In this document: positions 22,101-35,876 of the stretch, in pieces
Layout: every line of letters begins with the position of its first letter
Numbering within the stretch: the stretch's first letter is position 1
NCBI GenBank assembly: GCA_016618085.1
Contig: JABLTG010000122.1
Coordinates: 1 to 63,154, forward strand
Direction: 5' to 3'
Length of the DNA stretch: 63,154 bases
Origin: Neovahlkampfia damariscottae
Lineage: Eukaryota
Notes under the pieces: model-generated
Seen by the model: only the letters and a program-made list of their open reading frames with translations
The model's database searches: none
What the model was told of the DNA's origin: nothing
Translations under genes and position numbers: made by a program

Positions 22101-23126
22101 ATGAAAAAAACACTTAAATCAATCAAAAAAATATTTGAAGCACCAGAATTACTTGAAGGAGCTGGATTTTTAGTTCATCGAGGAATTGGAGTTCAAGAGT
22201 TGAAAAATCTTGATCCATTTTTAATGTTAGAGTAACAAATTCTATCAAATTATTAATAACCATCATAGTGAAATGGGTCCAACAAAATATGGTCCAGGAG
22301 AAGCGAAAGGTGCACCAAATCATCCACATCGTGGTTTTGAAACTGTAACTTATATGCTTTCAGGTGAAATGGAACATCAAGATTCCATGGGTAACAAAGA
22401 ACAATTAAGAGCAGGAGATTGGTAACAGACATTTTTGATTTTAACATTTTTTGAACAGTCAATGGATGACAGCAGGTGCTGGTATAATACATGACGAATC
22501 ACCATCAAAAGCAATGATGGAAAAAGGAGGAACGATGCATGGCTTCCAATTATGGGTAAATCTTCCAAGAAAGTTGAAAATGTGTCAACCACATTATCAA
22601 GGATTATCAAGTAATGATATACCAAAAGCAGAATTTGAAGGAGGCTTTGTCAAAGTTATAGCAGGTGAAGTATTAGATAAAAAAGCAAAAATCAACACTG
22701 AAGTACCAATTCAATACTTAGATGTTCACTTAGAAAAGAAAGATGCAAAATTTTCACATAAGATTCCAATGTATTGTTTTAGATGATTTTAACTTCTCAA
22801 TTAGTGGACATAACTCATTTCTTTTTGTCTATTCAGGTTCTATCGGTATCAATTCAAAAATAGTGAAAAAACATCATATGGTTGTTTTTGAAAAAGAAGA
22901 AGATTCAGAAGGTATTGAGTTCACAGGAAATGAAGAAAATACAAAAGTGTTGGTGTTGTCAGGTAAACCTATAAATGAACCAATTGTACAATATGGACCA
23001 TTTGTTATGAATACACAACGCGAGATTTATGAAGCGTTTCAAGATTATCAAGAGGGTAATTTCGCGGCAAAGCCAAAAATTTCAAGTCAAGCAACACATG
23101 ATAAAGAATATGATCCTACTCAATAA
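22101..23126 (+). CDS. Pirin family protein (3 short introns)
   Basis: [47 protein letters not shown] and [13 protein letters not shown]. Confidence 0.93.
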
Positions 23127-23335
23127 ATATTTTTTCTTCACATAAACAATGTAAATGTATTTCATTGCAAAAGTAGAATCTTCAATTTATTGTCTTGTTG
23201 TGAAGAATATATTGTGGTGTTTGATCCTAATGATTGATCAATTTTTGCAGATTCCACTTTTGAATTGAAATTCAAATCTAAATTTGAAGTGAGAATAAAC
23301 CAATAAAAAGGGTATGAACAGAATTGAAGGACAGA

Positions 23336-24352
23336 ATGATTAAATCAATATACAAAGAAATAAAATCCATTAACAAGAGCTCAATTTGGGAAGATCAAGC
23401 TGAAATAGAATTTTTTAATGAAGAAAACCCATTTGAACTTCGTGTATTGCTAAAACCAAAATATGGTTATTTTGTTAATACTATTGTGAAGTTTAAACTT
23501 GTTCTACCAAAAGAAAAATCAGAAAAACCCAATATAAAATGCTTAGACAAGATTTTCCATCCAAATATCAATTTTGATGGAAAAATCTGCTTCTCTATGT
23601 TTTCTGATGAGTGGTCAGAAGGATACACTATTGAACATTATATCAATGGACTGGTTCGTTAAATTATTATTCATTTTTAAGCTATGGTTATTATCAAATC
23701 CCAATCATGATTCATGTTTGAACACAGAATGCAATGAGAAGTCAGTTTCAAATTTCAAGACGAAAGTACTACTTTCTTCATTTGGAAGTGTCTTGAACAA
23801 GACAAAATATTCAAAAATTTCAACCATACCCTTGGAACTTGGTGATTTAGAAGTAATGGACTTTTCAAAAATTTCAAAATCTAAATATACCCATCACTCT
23901 TCAAAAGGTAAAAATTTTCTGTTTTTAATATATTAGTGTTGAGATTTTCTAAATATTTGAATACTGATACATTTTCAGTGCTGAAATCAATAGTTTTAGA
24001 ATGTGACGACTACAAAATGTTGATCATGAGTAATGGAAATTTTGAAATTGATCTTGATGATCTTGCATCAATTCTGAAAGTAAAAGAGGTTAGGTTTAAA
24101 AAATTACCAAATATTAAATCCGTTTGTCCTTTCTTTGAATCTTCCCTATATGTTAAAGTGTTCTATAATGAATCAATATTTGAAATTAAAGAAAAACACA
24201 TTTTTGTAGAATCTGGAATTGATAAGGTATATTTTAGAATTGCTTTAGATTCATTGAAGAAAATTATCCCAAAAGAATCCATTTTTCCAATAAAAACTGT
24301 TGAACGAAAGAAAGAACCCATTTTTCCAAAAACGGTTCAATATAAGAAATAA
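23336..24352 (+). CDS. Ubiquitin-conjugating (E2) domain fused to a putative YbaK-like domain
   Basis: IFHPNINFDGKIC with catalytic Cys and LLSNPN. The C-terminal LKSIV...IDL..L...VCPF...ESG...I...L pattern resembles YbaK/ProX. Confidence 0.65.
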
Positions 24353-24452
24353 TCAGAATAAACTTCAATTGACAGTTTATGATCATTTTCAGTTCTTTTC
24401 AAATATTTTACCTGATCAAATGAACCATTGAAGAAAGATTGATGAGTTAAAT

Positions 24453-26400
24453 TTAAAAATAAAATTTGAATTCATGAAACTTGATTTTGGATTGCATGGG
24501 AAAAGCATTTTCGACAGTGATCATTTTTTGATTTCTTTCCAAAATTTCATTAATTAAGACCAAATAATCTTTTGAAATTCCACATTTCTCTAAATTAATA
24601 TCATTCAAATGATAGTTGTGATCAAAATCAAGAATGAAATCTTCAATTCTAAGAAAGCTAAAATTGTTGTTTTCCAGGTTAATGTTAGATAAATGACATT
24701 TTTTTTCAACATTACTCCAAAATCATTCAATTTTTCAATTCCATTTTTTGATAAATTGATGTTTGTCAAAGTGTTGTTTTTTCAAAGCATCTATGATGAA
24801 TTTAACAGATTCATTTAATTCACTCCGATATAAATTCAATTCTAACAAATGCTTTGACGATTCTAAGAATTGAGATAAATTCTTAAATCCCTTAATTCCC
24901 ATTCGGTTCATTGAAAATCCAGATTCCTGATTGATGTATTTTTTGATAAATTGTTGAAAAAAAATTTCAATTCATCACCAACTAAACCATTATTTGATAT
25001 ATTTAGTGTTTCTAAAGTTGAATTTTTTTCAAAAAAGTTTGAGATTGTGATTACACCTTTGGTTGTCAATTGATTCGACTCTAAATTGATTTCTTTCAAT
25101 GATGAATTAATTTTGAGACCATCAGAAATAAAATTTGAACCTATTGTTCGTATGAAGTTATATGATATTTAAAGTATCTCCAGTGAATCATTTTTCGAGA
25201 GAAAATCACCAATCGATCTGGAACCACCTTTTTCGATTTTGTTGTCTGACAAACTAAGTGATTTCAAAATGATATTTTTACATAAAGCACTTAAAATCCA
25301 TTTAATTCCATTATCTTTAAAATTGTTTGACCCCAAATTTAAATTTTTTATGGACGAATTCTTTGCTAATCCAATAGATAGAATTTTTGCATCTTCGGAC
25401 TCCAATTTTGAATTTCTTATTGAAAGAAAAGTTAAATTATTGAACTTAGATAAATATTGAGATATTGAACTTGTATATTTTGTTGTGATTCTATTATTGT
25501 GGTCAATATTCAATGATTGAATTGATCTATTTTTTTCCAAAGCAGAAAATATCACTACTATGCCATCACCTTCAATTTTTCAGTTTTTTAACGATATTTC
25601 CTTAAGTTTATCATTAAATTCAATCATTTTTCCAAGGTTTTCTGATCCAGAAATACTGAACTTGTTGAAATCAAGTTTAAGAATTTCGATGTGCAAATTC
25701 TTTTTCATAAAACTAGATAGTGTTTCAATTTCAGATTCTTGGAAATTGTTTCTCATTAAAATTAATATTTTCGTGCTTTCGGTCGACTCAAGAGAAGAAA
25801 GAACTTCTTCAAAATTATTTGACAAATTTTCGATTTTGCAAAAAGACAGATCAAAAGTGTGCAAATTTTTGTTGTTTTTGATGTAATTTGAAATTTGTTT
25901 TGCTTTTTCATCATTAACATTTTTGTGAAAAATTGTTAGTGAAAATGAATTCTCTTCTTCTTGCAAAAACTCTTTGAACGATTTCATTGGACAACTTGTG
26001 GATTGGATTAATCCCAATCTGCTTAAAAGATTGTACTAAAAATAAAAAATTTTGAAGATATTGTTCATGTTTGAAGAACAGAATTGAATTAAACTGTTTT
26101 TCTAAGAAGCATGATGCATAGTTTGTATTTCTATCTTGGAATAAGCATGAATATTGTTTTGAACTTGAAAAAAGAAAGATCCACTTGAACCTAATTTTTT
26201 TTTTGGAGAAAATGATGCTTCGAAATTTGATTTGAAGACATCCTGGATTGGAATTTTTTGGTGTATATTAAGTTGTTCTTTTCTTGAATTGATGCTCCAA
26301 ATTTACTGTAACTCCTCTTGAGAAAGAAGAAACAAGAGCGACCTTGGAGCAAGATATGATTTATTAAACAGTTTCCTTTCAAGCTGTTTTTTGAATCTTA
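24453..26400 (-). pseudogene. RNI-like leucine-rich-repeat protein, broken by several frameshifts (pseudogene or assembly errors)
   Basis: LxxLxLxxNxI repeats in ORFs 25580-26017, 25169-25555 and 24908-25099; last frame ends ...KFHEFKFYF*. The 5' end is uncertain. Confidence 0.6.
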
Positions 26401-26769
26401 CTTGATCATATCAATAGCCCTGTTGATCCAGTTTCAAAAACTGATTTTTGTCCAAACAAACTACAAGATGCTAAATATAAGTTGTTCTAACAGTTTTCAA
26501 TGTTATGAAGATGGAGTCAGTTTTGATAATGAAGAAAATCATTTCCAATTCTGGTGGAGATTTTCTTGATCTCATCTCAATCAATAAAAAAATGAAATCT
26601 TTGGAATTGGATTTAAAGATGTCAACAAATTCCTGGAATTCAAGCACATAGATACAGATACAAAGTGATTCTATCTATGTTGATATTGTTCATTGATCCA
26701 AGAAATGATTGGACAAACATTAATTCGTAAAAATACCAAATGATTTATTGTAGTTCGAAGTTTCTTCAC

Positions 26770-27413
26770 CTACAATTCATTTAATATATCTTCTTTTTGT
26801 TCGTAATGTTTTTTCTTCAAATTTCTTCTTGCAATGTAAATAACACAAGAAAAGTGAATAATAATAATCGTAACAACTATAAGTCCAACGGATACAAGAA
26901 CAATGAAATAAGTACCACCTGTAATTATTGAAATCAACCCAATAACGTATGAATTCGCTGGAGTGAAATCAAGTTCAATCGCTAAAATATAAAAACCCAA
27001 ACCACACATGATTATCGGTAAAACTATACCAAACCAAAGTGGAATTCCGCAACAAAATATCGTAAAACAAGAATTTGAAACTTTTTGTAAAACAGTCCAA
27101 TTTTTCAAATACCAAGGAGCTCCAGTTTGACAACAAATCAAATGTGATTGTATAACGTGACTGAAAAAAGTGATTCCACCAAGTGTGAACAATATAATAA
27201 TGATTGCTGAAATAAAGAATTAAACGTTTTTTTTTTACCAAAGTTTAAAGTTGTTTGTGTTGAGTTCATTAGGAAAAGTAAACCTATCACAAGTAAGGCT
27301 GTTGCACTGATTAAATCTAAACAGAAATTGAACACTTGATTTGCGTGATAGCATCGTGCTATAAGTGTTGGTCCATCACAAAGTTTTTTGAGACTTAGTT
27401 TGTATTCAGGCAT
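26770..27413 (-). CDS. Multi-pass membrane protein
   Basis: Two ORF pieces with about four hydrophobic helices, linked by a short intron or indel. Confidence 0.45.
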
Positions 27414-27606
27414 GTTTCAAACGACTAGTAATTCTGATTGGTTCAAAAAAAATTGTGTTTTTGAACCATCACTGATATGAATTAAAAAATGTGTTTATAA
27501 TTCAAGTGTTTCAGGGGAATGTATTTTTTGGAATTTCACAAAAAAAGAAAAAGAAGTAGATTATAAAAAGAAATGAAAGAATTTTCAATAATGAAAAAAT
27601 GGATGT

Positions 27607-29640
27607 TTATTTTCTTGAAAAGACATAACCAGCTTTACCTTCTAATTTATATCCATGTTTTGATTTTCCAATTTCAGACCAATTTGAAGTATAAAAATGA
27701 TCTCTTCCATTGTAATATCTATAAAGTGCTTTTGCACCTTTTTTATTTGATTTCAATACATAACATTGAATTCCTTCATATTTAAATCCACTTCTTCCAT
27801 TTCCTAATTCATTCCAATTTGTTGTATAAAAATGATCACTTGTTCCTGGATTATAATATCTAAATAATGCTGTCGTTCCTGAAACTTTTTTTGTTGCAAC
27901 ATATCCAACAATTCCTTCTGAAACATATCCATGTTTTCCAACTTTTCCTGGTTTAGATGTACCAATTTCATTAATATTTGTTGTATAGAAATGATCTCCT
28001 ACTCTTGAATTCCAATATCTAAATAATGGTACTTTTTTAATTTTTTGTGCAGTTGAATGTGAATGATAATGAACCCAATGATGTGAAATTGATTTTCTTG
28101 TGTGCCACGTTGTATGTTTTCTTCTAACTCTTTTTGTTGCTGTTTTTGAAATATGATACCAATGTTTAATAAATGCTTGATGTTTTTTAATTTGACCTTC
28201 AAATTGATTTCTTAATCTGGTAATTTTTAAATTTCTAATACTATTTGCACGTTTAATTTGAGATTTTAAATATTTGATTCTATTAATTCTCCAATCAGAT
28301 ACTTTTTTAATGTTTGTATTTCTAACATTATTTGAATATGAAACTCTTGAATTGACCCATTTTTTTTTATTTGAAACTACATTTTTTCTATGATTATCAG
28401 CATATGAAAATTTTCCTAATTTCCATTGATTAATTTTTTTAATTTGATTTTTTGCAGTTTTAATAGCATCAGCAATTTTACGAGCTTTCCAGATATTCCA
28501 ATGTTTAATAACATTGTTTGAATGTTTAATAGCTTTTCTTTTAATATTTTTATTCCATTTATTAATATCTCTAATAGTTTGATGATATTTATTCCATGCA
28601 CTTTTAATTTCATTTATTTTCCAGTTATTCCATTTATTTATTGTTCTTTTGTAATGTGAATCAGCATTTTTCATTTCTCTTTTAAAATTTCTAATTTTAC
28701 CGTTTGCATTAAAATGAGTTTGACGAATTTGTTGTTCTTTTTGTTTTCTTAAATTTGAAATACTTTTTTTATGAGATCTAATAACATTTTTAGCATGTGA
28801 TCTTTTTTTATGATCAATAACAGTAACCATTTTAAAATTATGTTTTGCATATCTAATATTTCTAACTTTTGTTACTCTTTTATAATAATGACAATGTTTT
28901 CCATTACAAACTTTTTTAAATCTTCCTTTTATAATTTTCGATAATTTTTCATATTGTCCAGCAACTCTTCTTCTTTTTGAAGCAGCCATATCAGTTACAC
29001 ATGAATTAAATGAAAATGAACCTTTTTTAAAATGATTTCTACAATGTTTAGAAGCCCATTTAATCCATTTATTTTTAATTCTTCTTTTGTGTCCATGACG
29101 ATATGTTGGAACATGTCCATGATGAAAGAGTGTTCTTGCAGCTTTTTTTTTATTTCCTTGACAAAGTCCTGAAGCACCTGAATGATGTGAATAAACGTAA
29201 ATGTTTAAGTAGTGTCTAAGATTTCCTGAAGGAATGTTGTTTACATTACCTCTCATTTGCATTCCTCTAAATTTGAAAGAAAAATTATTTCCAATTTTTT
29301 CAACAATAACACCTCTTAAAGTTCTTTTTCCTTTAAAGTTCTTTTGTTTATTGAGATATGAATGAACGTTAGTTCCTTGTGAGTTCACTTCAAAGTAAAC
29401 TCCATTTGCCGAACAAGCAATACCAGCATTTAATGATCTACCTTTCCAATGATGTGTTGATTTAACTAATCTTGTGTTACATTGAAGTCCAGATCTTTTA
29501 AAGAGAATAAATTCTCCTGTTGCGTAAAAGTTAAAAGCATGACCACCAAAAGTTCTGTAATGAGGATCACCTTCAGCTTTACAGACATGAGCAGATGAAT
29601 AAGCAATAAAAGCGAGTAATAAAACAATGAGTATTTTCAT
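27607..29640 (-). CDS. Secreted basic protein: signal peptide, VWD-like domain, 22-aa-period coiled coil, C-terminal LYRY.N...DHFYT repeats (DUF5648-like)
   Basis: C.AEGDPHYRTF and FNFYATGEFIL; three LFRY[WY]N...DHFYT repeats; intronless 677 aa. Confidence 0.75.
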   Translation of the reverse strand: MKILIVLLLAFIAYSSAHVCKAEGDPHYRTFGGHAFNFYATGEFILFKRSGLQCNTRLVKSTHHWKGRSLNAGIACSANGVYFEVNSQGTNVHSYLNKQKNFKGKRTLRGVIVEKIGNNFSFKFRGMQMRGNVNNIPSGNLRHYLNIYVYSHHSGASGLCQGNKKKAARTLFHHGHVPTYRHGHKRRIKNKWIKWASKHCRNHFKKGSFSFNSCVTDMAASKRRRVAGQYEKLSKIIKGRFKKVCNGKHCHYYKRVTKVRNIRYAKHNFKMVTVIDHKKRSHAKNVIRSHKKSISNLRKQKEQQIRQTHFNANGKIRNFKREMKNADSHYKRTINKWNNWKINEIKSAWNKYHQTIRDINKWNKNIKRKAIKHSNNVIKHWNIWKARKIADAIKTAKNQIKKINQWKLGKFSYADNHRKNVVSNKKKWVNSRVSYSNNVRNTNIKKVSDWRINRIKYLKSQIKRANSIRNLKITRLRNQFEGQIKKHQAFIKHWYHISKTATKRVRRKHTTWHTRKSISHHWVHYHSHSTAQKIKKVPLFRYWNSRVGDHFYTTNINEIGTSKPGKVGKHGYVSEGIVGYVATKKVSGTTALFRYYNPGTSDHFYTTNWNELGNGRSGFKYEGIQCYVLKSNKKGAKALYRYYNGRDHFYTSNWSEIGKSKHGYKLEGKAGYVFSRK

Positions 29641-30223
29641 TTTCTTTGATTGAGAAGTGATTTAAAAGTGATTGATTTTCGATTTTTATTGACGCAACAA
29701 CCAATCAAATTATTGACACAACGAATTCGAACGTTGAAAAAACAGTTTCTCAGTCAATCAAATCCTCTGATTCTTCAACTTGTTTTACCAATTTATGTGA
29801 TTGGTTGTTTAATCTAATAGAAGTATCTAAAATCAATTTGGTTTTCGGAAAAATTCATATTACTACAAATTGAATAATTAAATTTCTGAATCATTCATAT
29901 TAAACAGTTAGTTGAAATCAAGTGAAGTGATATCATTTGAACAAAGAACAGGTGCTTGATCAACATTCAAACACCTTCTGTTCTGAATTAATTTCCACCA
30001 AAAATTCAGAACTTCTTTTTCTTTTTCTACTACAAAGATAAACAAAATAATTACTTTTTGATTAAAACAATTTCCAAAGTTGTGAAGATAAAATATAAAT
30101 TTTGCAATTATTTTCCTTTGCTTTTTTTTTTAATATATTTGATAGCTTTTAAAATCTTCGTTGATGAATGGTCATGAATAATGGAAGTCTATTGAGTCCT
30201 CTTTCCGCACTGAATTCATAACA

Positions 30224-33200
30224 TTGAAAAAAAAATTAGATATTTTGATTGGTGGAAAAAGAAATAATATTATGAACCATTTTGAATATGTAAGTAATGC
30301 AACAACGCAAAAAGAGATTTCAGAAAAATTTAATAGTTTGTCCAATCAACTTGAATTCATTCTTGTCAAAATGGAGAAACTTTTGCAAAAAAATTTCATA
30401 CAACGAGCGCCTTCTTTCTCAAGTTTGAAATTGATCAATTTGATACATCCAAAACTCAAAAAAATGACGAGCTCAAACAAAAGAATCATTTTATGTTTCA
30501 TTAACAACATAAAATTAAATTTACAAAAACTTCGACATCTAAGGCAACTTGCATACCGTTTACATTATGAATTAGTATTAGTACACTTGGAAAAAGACAA
30601 TTTTAGTGAACAACATTTTATAACGACAACAATTCATGACGAAAAAGGTGAAATATTTAATGCTTACAACATTAATTACACATACGAAAAAGAAAATTTG
30701 AGTAATTTCACAAGTAGTCCAAAACATTTTTTCACACATCTTTTACAGACAATTTTGAAATGTACAGAAAAAGTGGTATTTTTATTTTAATTTCCAATCA
30801 AATTCAGAGTTTTAAGACATACTCTGGCATTATAGAGTAAAAAAATAGAATTTTATTTCTAATTTTTTTGAAACTAGTTTGACACTATTTCCAACTTTAA
30901 TAACATTTGAAGATGAATTAGAACTCAAATTACTTTTTAGAAATGGTTCAAATATCAACCAAAAATACGAAAATACAACAACTTTGAGCAACACTTCGTC
31001 CAATGCTGCCACTATCAACCGAAAAAGTTACAGAAATTCAACAAGTACCAACTCCTCCAAGAAACATCAACAAGATAGAAAATCATTTGATTTCAAAACA
31101 ATACTAAAGAATGAAGAAAAAAAACATGAATTCAAAAATTATTTGGAAGATGATTCAACTGAGAATTTGAACAAATTTTACTTTTTAGAGAGATATTTTG
31201 AATACAAAAAGTTAACTCTACCAAATGACATCAAATCAAAAGAGCTTGATATTTTCACTGATTTCTTCAAATCAGATGGTGATCATTACTTGAAAGAGCT
31301 TTCAGTTGATTTGATGAAAAAAGTTGAAACTTCATACCAGATAGATTCTGCATCCGTTGGTTTAAATTTGGTTTACAAGGAGTTTTATGATACTATTCAT
31401 GATATATTCAAACAATATTTGGTTTTGAGTGCAGATTCTGATTCACATGACGGTTCACCTCCAAAAGACTTTGAAACATTGATCAATAGAAAAGATGCAA
31501 AAAAATTATTCAAGAATTTTGTTATTCAACATTTTGGAAAGAATTACATCGATTGTTTTGGCCATTTGATCGAATATAAGAACAAAAAGACAGTTGAATT
31601 ATCAAAAAAACTTCTACAATATTGTTTAGTTAGTTCTGAAAAGAATATCATTTTTCATCCAAAAATAAGGGCAAAAATCATCGATACTAATCAAAAATTT
31701 CGTGATAATTGGTATGATTTACTTTTTAAATTTGTGTTTGATATTTTATCCAATGAATATTATCCAAGATTCATTAATTCCAAATCATGGAAGAATTATT
31801 TAAATTTGAATTATTCAATAGATAAAAAATTATTTGAAGATGTTTATATCATTAAAAAAATTGTCAAAGAAACCGAATCATTCTTTGAAACCACACAAAT
31901 ATTAACAGTTCAAAATAAATTAACCAATGAAACATTCACTGGAAAAAGAGTATTTTTTGTAGCTACAAAAAACTCAAATGAAAAGAAATTTCTAGATTTT
32001 GTTGAACATAAAAATATATTGAGTTTTATTGAATACTTTACAAATGATTCAACCAATCAATTCAATAAGAAAGCAACAACAATCATTACTACCGAAATTG
32101 ACAAAAGTTTATCCTCATTATTGGATGAAAAATGTGAAAAATTCACAAACATGGAAATTGTTGAATATCTTAAACAGATGCTTTGGGCGTTGCAAGAATT
32201 CCATAAAAATTTGTTAAATTTCAAATTTGGAGAATTAACAGAAGAAAATATATACTTATCCATTTACAATTCAATTTTAGTCGACCCAGGTATTTATAGA
32301 AAAGAAAGTACATGCGATGATTGTATAGAAAATGCACCAATTTATCTTATCCCTCCAGAAAAGAAAATTTCTAACAAAAGTGATATATTTGCCATTGGGA
32401 TGATTCTATTTCGTTTGTTATCATTATGGTCTGCCGAAGAAACTCAGAGATTGTTTTTTGTCTCAAATTTAATTTCACCAAAATCCAAAAATTCTTCAGG
32501 AACACCTGATAATGAATTGATTCAAAAAGAAGAATCAAAAAGATCATCAAAAACACCACGATCCAGAAAATCAACTGATTTCTTGATGAATTCGAATTCT
32601 CCACAGTTAAATAGTTCAAAACGAATTTCGTCATTTTTTTCGTTAAAAAAGAAAAAAACATTTGAATACTTCGAAAATATCAAAGATTTATTTTCAGAGT
32701 ATCATATCAATAATATTTATGAACCTGATATTTTACAATTGATTATTCAAATGGTAGATCCAAATCCGGAATCAAGACTAAATGTCAATGAATTATTGGA
32801 GAAAATAAATCGATTGAAATTGAATTTTGATCAAAATCCAAAACAAAGAAGAGGTTCTATTTTAGAAGATGTTCATTATCATTGGAAGATTTTGATAAGA
32901 GATGATACTCAAAGACCATATTTGAAAGAATTCTTGAGGACTGAATATTCAGTTGAAACAATTCTGTTTTTGGAAGATTGTTATTGTTATAAAAGATTAT
33001 TGACAGAACAAGAGAGATTTGATAAAGCAGATGAAATGTGTCAATCTTATATTCATGAAAAATCAACTTTGGAAGTCAATATTTCAGCTGGAATCAAAAA
33101 GTTATTTTTTAAGAATTTTGAAGAAGCAAAGCATTCAGGGGTCATAAATCAAAATTTGTTTGATTGTATTGAAAATCATATTTTTGATACAATGACTGTT

Positions 33201-33260
33201 GATTCATTGCCTAGATTTGAAAAATCATTGATGGGTCTAGAATCACGTACAAAACAATAA
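30224..33260 (+). CDS. RGS - pseudokinase - RGS protein (paralogue 1); start uncertain
   Basis: RGS motifs (EYYPRFINS; EFLRTEYSVETILFL...EVNIS...DSLPRF). Kinase fold with GELTEENI, DPG and KSDIFAIG in place of HRD and DFG. Confidence 0.75.
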
Positions 33261-33391
33261 AATTAATTTCTGACTTAATACAAAATATCGTTTGCAATTT
33301 GCATTGGATGGTCAGAATTCAAAATATTCATTGGTTTAAATTTCCCCGCTTTAATATCCAATCAAATCAATCGATTCAGTTGTAGTTTTCC

Positions 33392-35876
33392 ATGGAACAG
33401 CTGCTGCACTTCAACAAAAATACTGAAAAAACTTCCAGAGTTGTAGAAAATCCACTTAAACATCCTTTTCAGCTGAAAAATATTGGAAACTTCAACAAAA
33501 AAATTTTTCTGTGTTTTGTGAATGATATCAAAGTAAATTTACAAACCCTAAGAATACTAAGACAATTTTCAAAAATAAATGAATATGATTTAATTCTGAT
33601 TCACCTTGAAAAAGATAATTTTTCAGAACAACATTTCATAACAAAAACAGTTCACGACAAAACTGGAGAACTTTTTGATTTCTACAATATCGACTATCAC
33701 TACAAACTTGAAGATATTCAGAAGTTCACAGGTACATTTACCGTGTTATTTTTTTAACTTTTTGAAAAAAGAAAATTTGAATAGATACAGAAAAAGTTGT
33801 ATTATTGAAATTGTTTGCAACAACATTCAACAATTACAGTTATACACAAATAAAATAGAGTAAACCAAATTTAACTTTTATTTCTTCAAAAAAAAAAGTC
33901 TGTCATTGTTTGGTGTTGATGTGAAATTGCAAGAGGATTTGGAACTAAATTTGATTTTCAATATATTGAATGAAAAGAGAAACTCACCAAGTCCATCAGA
34001 AAGAAAAAATCGAAGATCTTGTGAAATTACAACTCACTTTATTGATGTGGCTCCACAGAATTTTGAAAGCCTATTGCAAATTCAAGAAGCAAAAAAATTA
34101 TTCGCAAATTATGTAATTCATCATTTTGGTGAACATTTAATCAATTGTTACGATGATTTATTGGAATATAATGAACATTCAACCATTGAATTGTCAGAGA
34201 AAATTTTGAATTATTGCATTCCGACATCTGGAATGAATATTATTTTTAATCCAGATTTCAGAGAAAAGATTTTATCTTCAAATAATAAATTTAAAGAAAA
34301 TGGAACTGAATGGCTTTTAAAATTTGTCTCTGATATTCTTTCAAAAGAATTCTATCCAAGGTTTATAAATTCAAAATCATGGAAGAATTATTTGAATTTG
34401 AATTTTTCAAATGACAGAAAATCATTTGAAGATGTATATAATGTTAAAAAAATATTGAAAGTTACGGAATCTTTTTTAGAAACGAATCAACTTCTTTCAG
34501 TTGAAAATAAGGTAACACACGAAATTTTCACAGCAAAAAGAATTTTCTTTGCTGCTACAAAGAATCATGTTGAACAAAACTATTTAGATTTGGTTGAACA
34601 CAAACATATTTTGAATGTCATAGAGTATTTTACAAATGATTCCACCAATCATTTTAACAAAAAATCGACAACCATTGTGACAACTCAAATTGACACAAAT
34701 TTGGAAAAATTCATTGAAAATTGCACCGAAAAGCTAATTAGTATCGAAATTGTTGATTATTTAATTCAAACTCTTTTTGCGTTCCAAGAATTCCACAAAA
34801 AATCAAGCATGTTTAAATTGGGTCAACTGTCCGAAAATATAATTTATCTATCAAACTACAACACAGTTAAGGTTGACCCAGGTATATATAATCAAAAAAT
34901 GACAGAAGAAGAATATTTAGATAATTGTCCTGTTTATCTTTTGCCTCCTGAAAAAATAGTCTCAGAAAAAAGTGATGTATTTTCCATCGGAATGATATTT
35001 TTCAGGATGATTTCATTATTATCAGCTGAAGAAACACAAAAATTATTCTTTGTTCCGAATTTATATTCAAAAAAGTCCCCTCAAAGAAAAAAAACAACAA
35101 GAATGTCAAATAACAGATCATCAAAATCATTAAGAAATTCAATTGAAAAAATAGTATCATCAGTCAATTTAGTCGACAATGGGTCATCTAAAAAACGGAG
35201 AAGTGTGTCCATTAAAAGACTTTCATCATTTCTGTCCAATTCAATGAAAGGATCAAAGACTTATGAGTATTTCGAAAATATCAAAGATCTATTGTCAGAG
35301 TATTTTATGAATGGCATTTATGAAGAACAATTACTACAAATAATCATCGAAATGGTGGATCCAAATCCGGAACTGAGACCAACAGTTGATGAATTATTGA
35401 TAACCCTTTTAGAAAAAATCAAACCTTTATTTGAATGTTATACAGAAAGAAAGAAATCGAAATTTGATGGATTAGATTCATATTTGAAAAAATTGATCAC
35501 AGATGATTCTCAAAGACCTTTTTTGAAAGAATATCTCAGAACCGAATTTGCAGTTGAATCGATTCTATTTCTTGAAGATTGTCGTTTTTTTAGGAAGATT
35601 GAAACAGATCAAGAGAGATTTAATAAAGCTGAAGAAATGTGTCAAACATACCTTCTTGATGATTCACCTTTGGAAATCAACATTTCAGGAGGAACAAAAA
35701 CAAGATTTTTTTCATTCTTTGAAGAAGCTAAACAATCTGGGTCACTCGACAAAGCATTATTTGATAGAATGGAAACTCATATATTTGATACAATGATGAT
35801 TGATTCATTACCAAGATTTGAAGAATCTGATATTGGAAAAGAATTTCTTCAAGTAACCAATAAAAATTTGTTTTAG
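33392..35876 (+). CDS. RGS - pseudokinase - RGS protein (tandem paralogue 2)
   Basis: Collinear similarity to the upstream gene (IHLEKDNFSEQHFIT, YPRFINSKSWKNYLNLN, MVDPNPE). Confidence 0.78.
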
